Below are positions 45,640 through 50,399 of a DNA stretch of 50,399 bases, in pieces. Both the position numbers and the translations under genes were made by a program. The DNA lies in assembly GCA_044342325.1 (NCBI GenBank), contig JBIIPZ010000021.1, positions 1-50,399 on the forward strand, read 5' to 3'. The notes below the pieces were generated by a model. It was not told the origin of the DNA, searched no databases, and was given only the letters and a program-made list of their open reading frames with translations. Within the stretch, counting starts at the first letter, position 1. Each line of letters starts with the position of its first letter. Source of the stretch: Terrimicrobiaceae bacterium (GTDB lineage: Bacteria; Verrucomicrobiota; Verrucomicrobiia; Chthoniobacterales; Terrimicrobiaceae).

Positions 45640-47151
45640 ATGTCTCAAGGAATTTGTTTTCTGGTGGGCGCCGGTCCCGGTGATCCTCTTCTCCTCACGC
45701 TGAAGGGCCGCGCATGCATCGAGCGGGCCGATGTGCTTGTTTATGACTACCTCTGCAATCCTCAGCTTCTCCGCCACGCGCGCGCCGGAGTTGAAAAAAT
45801 CTATGTCGGCAAAAAAGCTGGCGCACACACGCTGAGGCAGGAAGAAATCAATGTGCTGATCGTTGCGAAGACTCTCGAGGGCAAAACAGTGACCCGCCTC
45901 AAAGGAGGGGATCCTTTTTTATTCGGCCGCGGCGGAGAGGAGGCCGAGATGCTTCAAGAGGCGGGTTGCCGGTTTGAAATTGTGCCGGGGGTGACATCGG
46001 CCATTTCGGGGCCAGCCTATGCCGGTATTCCGGTGACGCATCGAGCCCACAACACCATGCTGACCATTTTCACAGGGCATGAGGATCCGACTAAGGCTGA
46101 AAGCTCGATCGATTACAAAGCTCTCGCCTCCACGCCGGGAACCAAGGTCATGCTCATGGGAATCGACCGATTGGCGACGATCACTGCTGGTTTGCACGAG
46201 GCTGGCATGAAAGCCGAGACCCCTGTGGCCTTGGTGCGATGGGCCACAACGGCGAGGCAGGAAACGCTTGTTGGCACGCTCGCTGATATCGCGGAGAAAG
46301 CCGCAGCCGCTTCATTCAAAGCACCAGCGGTAGCTGTTTTTGGCGATGTGGTGTCGCTTCGCGGCAAGCTCAACTGGTTTGAAACCCTGCCGCTCTTTGG
46401 AAAGCGCATCGCCGTGACCCGCACGCGCCAGCAAGCTGGTGAGCTTGTGATGCAACTCCGGGAGCTCGGCGCCGATGCCTTTGAAATGCCGACGATCCGA
46501 ATCGAACCCGCTCCCAACAAAAGAGAGTTCTACGAATCCGTCGCCTATGCCCACGGCTACGATTGGCTCATTTTCACCAGCCCGAATGGCGTGGATGCCT
46601 TCTTCAATGCCTTTTTTGAAATTTACCGCGATGCCCGTGATCTTGGCGCAGTGCGCATCGCAGCCATCGGGCCCGCCACCGCTGCGCGTGTGAACGCCTT
46701 CCATCTCCAAGTTGATGTGCAGCCTGAAAAATATGTCGCAGAGGAAATCATTAAGGCCCTGCAAAAGGAAACGAGCCTCGACAATGTCAAAATCCTACTT
46801 GCCCGGGCGGAAGGTGCGAGGGATGCGCTGCCCAAGGAACTCAGTCGCCTCGGGGCCATCATCGATGAGGCGATCGCCTATCGCACTGTTCCCGAAACCT
46901 CCGACGACTCGGGAGGCATCGAGCGTTACAAAGCGGAGGGGGCGGACATGGTCACTTTCACCAGTTCTTCAACGGCGGAAAATTTTCATGCACTCCAGTT
47001 GCCCCCATGCGATGGCGTGAAATTTGCAAGCATCGGACCAGTCACTTCAAAAACCATGCGCGAGCTGAAAATGCCCGTCGATGTGGAGGCAAAAGTGCAC
47101 GACATCCCTGGGCTGGTTGCCGGAATTTTGGATTTTTACTCAAAAAAATAA
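45640..47151 (+). CDS. cobA: Uroporphyrinogen-III C-methyltransferase / uroporphyrinogen-III synthase fusion (CobA-HemD)
   Basis: LVGAGPGDP, RLKGGDPF.FGRGGEE and VPGVTSA, then VTR, FTSPNGV, IGPATA and FTSSST. Confidence 0.93.
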   Translation: MSQGICFLVGAGPGDPLLLTLKGRACIERADVLVYDYLCNPQLLRHARAGVEKIYVGKKAGAHTLRQEEINVLIVAKTLEGKTVTRLKGGDPFLFGRGGEEAEMLQEAGCRFEIVPGVTSAISGPAYAGIPVTHRAHNTMLTIFTGHEDPTKAESSIDYKALASTPGTKVMLMGIDRLATITAGLHEAGMKAETPVALVRWATTARQETLVGTLADIAEKAAAASFKAPAVAVFGDVVSLRGKLNWFETLPLFGKRIAVTRTRQQAGELVMQLRELGADAFEMPTIRIEPAPNKREFYESVAYAHGYDWLIFTSPNGVDAFFNAFFEIYRDARDLGAVRIAAIGPATAARVNAFHLQVDVQPEKYVAEEIIKALQKETSLDNVKILLARAEGARDALPKELSRLGAIIDEAIAYRTVPETSDDSGGIERYKAEGADMVTFTSSSTAENFHALQLPPCDGVKFASIGPVTSKTMRELKMPVDVEAKVHDIPGLVAGILDFYSKK

Positions 47152-47241
47152 TCTCGGTCGCATCTTCGATGGGTTGAAGTGCGTATTTATTCAAAAGTTC
47201 CACTAATGATATCTGACATCACAGACTCTTCCTTTTCGATC

Positions 47242-47634
47242 ATGGAATCTCCATCACCTTCGCTGACCCTCTCGGCCGCAGAGCGCATTTTTGAAAATGT
47301 CCTTGGCCGCATATCCCAAGAGCCCGCCCGCGTTCGCACGGACGCCGAAGGCAGGATCACCGAGATCAATCCCGCCTTTTCCGGCTTGTGCGGATACCAA
47401 TTTGAGGAAATCCGTGGCCGCAAACCGGGGTCACTCCTCCAAGGGCCAGCCACCACTCCAGAATCTATCCTCGATCTCAGGGAGGCCATTCGTGACCGTA
47501 AAAAATGCTGCGTGGAGATGTTGAACTACCACAAAAACCACAGCACCTACCGAGTCCAAATCGATCTCTCGCCTCAATTCAATATCCTTGGTGAGCTTGA
47601 GGGATTCGAGGCTGTGGAGCACAAGCTCGACTAA
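47242..47634 (+). CDS. Standalone PAS-domain protein
   Basis: TDAEGRI..INPAF..LCGY..EEI.G...LLQGP.T and NYHK. Start may be 47206. Confidence 0.75.
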   Translation: MESPSPSLTLSAAERIFENVLGRISQEPARVRTDAEGRITEINPAFSGLCGYQFEEIRGRKPGSLLQGPATTPESILDLREAIRDRKKCCVEMLNYHKNHSTYRVQIDLSPQFNILGELEGFEAVEHKLD

Positions 47635-47772
47635 TCTCGCTCGCCCGCATCTGGGCTTCTAAAGCGTGCTTGCGGGTGTATCGCTTGCGAAACTCTAGCA
47701 AAATCCTAATTCTTTGTCCGTGCGATTGATGAGCCGCAAACGAAACCCAAGACACTGACCCTTGACGGCACT

Positions 47773-47888
47773 TATACCAAAAGCTGAATGCTTTTGGACT
47801 TACTGTAGCGGCGGTCTATGACCGCCGATGGTTAACTCCGTCGCTCATAGAGACGCCGCTACAAGTGAAAGCGGTTCGCTCAAATTCA
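47773..47888 (+). repeat. MITE/REP-doublet element, copy 1
   Basis: TATACCAAAA..CTGAATGCTTTTGGACT..TGTAGCGGCGGTCTATGACCGCCG...GCTCATAGAGACGCCGCTACA..AAATTCA, similar to 50008-50152. Confidence 0.75.
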
Positions 47889-47933
47889 TACTTCAACTAT
47901 GCGTGCACTCGGAGGGCTCATGCATCGCCTCTG

Positions 47934-48062
47934 CTACGCCCTTAAACATTCGCTCTTTGACTTCAAATATTCGTGGGCAAAATCTGCTCCATTTTCCCAA
48001 GCCAATGTGTGTCCCTCTAATCTGAACCTTTTAAAATAATCAAGATTCTTTAGAGGCTTGCA
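47934..48062 (-). pseudogene. C-terminal remnant of a DUF2442-like gene
   Basis: PLKNLDYFKRFRLEGHTLAWENGADFAHEYL matches the DUF2442 C-terminal pattern. The N-terminal half is replaced by intron sequence. Confidence 0.6.
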
Positions 48063-48522
48063 GAGGTTCGTGGACGAGAAGATCGAAGGGTGGCTGGGGC
48101 TGAAAATCAACCGAGAGAAGACGCGGATCATAAACCTTCGCCAAGAAGGGCAAGTCCTCGACTTCCTTGGGTTCAGCTTCCGATACGACCGCTCGATTTA
48201 TGACGAGGGCAGTCGTTACTGGAATATGTATCCCTCAAAGAAATCGATCGCGCGAGAGCGTGAGAAACTGCGAGGGATGATCAACCGGAAACAAAACCAC
48301 ACGCCATTGCCTGAATTGATCGGACGCCTGAACCGCCACCTCAAAGGGTGGGCCAACTACTATCGGGTCGGCTACAGTCGGCGAGCCTTCAAGGAAATCA
48401 ACTGGTTCGTGCACCAGCGCCTATGGCGGCACCTGCGACGGCGCAGTCAACGCCGCTGGCGATCTGGACCTGACACATCCATCTACTCACAAGTCATTAA
48501 AATGGGGCTAGTCCAACTGTGA
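48058..48522 (+). pseudogene. Truncated group II intron reverse transcriptase/maturase (RT6-7 + X domain only)
   Basis: LGLKINREKTRI, DFLGFSF and LN..LKGWANYY motifs. No YADD or upstream RT domains. Confidence 0.88.
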
Positions 48523-48545
48523 AAGCTTCGCACAAAACACCCTGC

Positions 48546-48650
<105 letters not shown>

Positions 48651-49142
48651 CCCTCTCCCCGGCGCTCACAGAGACGCCGCGCTGCAGCGCGCAGTCCTTG
48701 GAGGGTCGACCTTTGCCTTGCTCGCGCCCTGCTCGCTACGCCCTTCGGGCCATCTGCGATGTGCTTCCTCCGCCCAACCCGGGTCTTCGGTTGGCTTGAC
48801 CCCAATACCAACTCGGAAACCGCCGACACACGCCCGGAAATCACCCCTCCAAATAATCGCCCAGACTATGCCCAGCCCATTCTGAATTCACCATTCTGTC
48901 AACTCTGTTCACCGACGCATTCCGCTCCACTCTGGCAAACTTTATCTTTTTTAGGCGCTCGCCGATTTTGTCCAAAATCGACTCCCTCGCATTTTCTCAA
49001 TAACCGCCCTCCTGCCGCCTTCGTTGCTGTTCCGCTATCACTCCACTGCTTTTAAATAAAAACTCGTTTAACGTCGTTCTGGAGCCCTGTTTTTTGGACC
49101 GATTCTCAAAAAATCCTTGTTTCGCTCCGATATCCTCCCGAG

Positions 49143-49158
49143 CGTTCCACGTGGAACA
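49143..49158. promoter_or_regulatory. parS site
   Basis: CGTTCCACGTGGAACA, a near-perfect match to the ParB-binding palindrome. Confidence 0.8.
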
Positions 49159-49183
49159 ATTTCTGGCCTTCTGAAAAGAACTG

Positions 49184-49310
49184 ACCACCGAGGACACAGA
49201 GAGCACAGAGGAGGATGGCCAGATAAAACAACAAACCGTCATTGCGCTATGCTGTCTACAAAAATGCTACCGAACACCTGTTCTTCCCTCCGTGTTCTCT
49301 GTGTCCTTTG
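49184..49310. repeat. Inverted pair of the CACAGAG-type dispersed repeat
   Basis: ACCACCGAGGACACAGAGAGCACAGAGG (49184-49211) and CCTCCGTGTTCTCTGTGTCCTTTG (49287-49310). Confidence 0.75.
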
Positions 49311-49455
49311 ACTCGCTCGCCCCTCTCCGAGCTGTATAGATCTCCGAGCAGGAAGCCGCTCAGCTCGCCCTCCGGGCCAACCTTCGGTTGCTCTATCTCA
49401 AAGGCCCCGCCCTTTCGATTGTGGTCAATCCCCTACCAACCGCGCCCACCAGAAT

Positions 49456-49911
49456 TCACCTCACGGTGTCGATCTGCCGCTTCGCTTCATAGAGCGCGAT
49501 GCCTACCGATGTCGCCAGATTTAAGCTCCGCGCGTCGGGTTGCATGGGAATCGTCAAACACATCTCCGCATTCGTCCTGAGCAGAGACTCTGGCAATCCA
49601 CGGGACTCCCGGCCGAAAACCAGAAAATCTCCGTCTTGGAAAGCCTCCGTCCAATAGACCTTCGATGTTTTTGTCGTGAAATAAAAGAACCTCCCCGTGC
49701 TCTCGGCGGCTTGTAGCTCCCCAAGGGAGCCCCACCGTTTCACATCGCACAGGTGCCAGTAATCCATCCCCGCGCGGCGAAGCGCTTTTTCATCTAGCGA
49801 GAATCCCAGCGGTTCCACCAGATGCAACCGCGCACCGGCTGCCAGACACAAACGCGCAATATTCCCCGTATTCGGTGGAATCTCCGGTTCGACAAGCACA
49901 ACATGCAACAT
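49456..49911 (-). CDS. trmL: tRNA (cytidine/uridine34-2'-O)-methyltransferase
   Basis: EPEIPPNTGNIARLC, RRAGMDYW, FGRESRGLP and RSLNLA motifs. Confidence 0.93.
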   Translation of the reverse strand: MLHVVLVEPEIPPNTGNIARLCLAAGARLHLVEPLGFSLDEKALRRAGMDYWHLCDVKRWGSLGELQAAESTGRFFYFTTKTSKVYWTEAFQDGDFLVFGRESRGLPESLLRTNAEMCLTIPMQPDARSLNLATSVGIALYEAKRQIDTVR

Positions 49912-49956
49912 CCCTGCACCCTATCCGCGACGGCTACCGGCTGCAATTCTATTCAT

Positions 49957-49972
49957 TGTTCCACGTGGAACA
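49957..49972. promoter_or_regulatory. parS site
   Basis: Perfect palindrome TGTTCCACGTGGAACA. Confidence 0.85.
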
Positions 49973-50007
49973 TCCCGATCTTCTGGGAAGGGCATCCGTC
50001 CGCATCT

Positions 50008-50152
50008 TACCAAAATCTGAATGCTTTTGGACTCCTGTTCTGTTGTAGCGGCGGTCTGTGACCGCCGATGTTCCGCGATTCGGAGCTCATAGAGATGCCG
50101 CTACAAGTGAATACGGCTCGCTAAAATTCAAAACCTAATAGCCATTGGTATA
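50008..50152 (+). repeat. MITE/REP-doublet element, copy 2
   Basis: TACCAA...TTGGTA(TA) terminal inverted repeats enclosing TGTAGCGGC...GCCGCTACA. Confidence 0.75.
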
Positions 50153-50399
50153 ACCCAAATATCCCATCGGAAGACGCAAAACCACTTTCAGGCAGGGCTC
50201 CTCCGCGACAATCAATCACGCAATCATCCCAACAGCCTAATCCTTAAAAAATGATTCTGCTATCCATCATTTTGGTGCGCCAGCACCGCCAACCAAACCA
50301 ATGAAATGAAAAGTGTTCATCATGCGAACTGAGCATCAAGCATGTAGTGAAGCGGGCGGGGTCGGGAGTAATTCCGGCATCGAAGCCCCGTGGAGCGAA

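Noticed and set aside
47242..47634. LOV photoreceptor
   Set aside because: The GRNCRFLQ motif is replaced by GRKPGSLLQ, so the flavin-adduct cysteine is missing. Called a generic PAS protein.
50321..50399. Possible start of a gene or mobile element at the right edge (MRTEHQACSEAGG...)
   Set aside because: It is too short and truncated by the window to identify.

Overview
The window has two parts. (1) Positions 1-~32,030 are the right-hand ~32 kb of an integrated, podovirus-like (short-tailed) prophage, all on the + strand. It holds a truncated AAA_25/RepA-like helicase and a palindromic, iteron-like origin candidate. These are followed by a Nu1-like putative small terminase, large terminase, scaffold, major capsid protein and portal (the portal lies after the capsid gene). 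Next come an adaptor, several fibre/tail proteins, a lysis cassette, a metallophosphoesterase and a tail-collar fibre. The prophage ends with an ejection-protein module and the duplicated 3' end of a tRNA-Ser (att core, 32004-32031). (2) Positions ~32,030-50,399 are host chromosome, probably Verrucomicrobiota (inferred from gene content). Genes are fabV, purH, coaB-like, thiS/thiH, a DUF151 nuclease, folP, a split Pta pair, purK, an lpxL-waaF fusion, a zinc-ribbon protein, cobA-hemD, a PAS protein and trmL. This part also carries REP/MITE-like repeats, a decayed group II intron and two parS sites. The most unusual region is 22,250-26,481. There a SET-domain methyltransferase, a PP-loop/PAPS-reductase-like enzyme and a YkgJ/FliB-like CxxCxxCC protein are interleaved with an 899-aa putative ejection protein. 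That protein has no Lys, His, Cys or Trp, and is built from ~28 pentad/hexad repeats plus ~29 uninterrupted Asn/Gln-rich hendecads. All product calls come from motif recognition by eye; no database searches were run.
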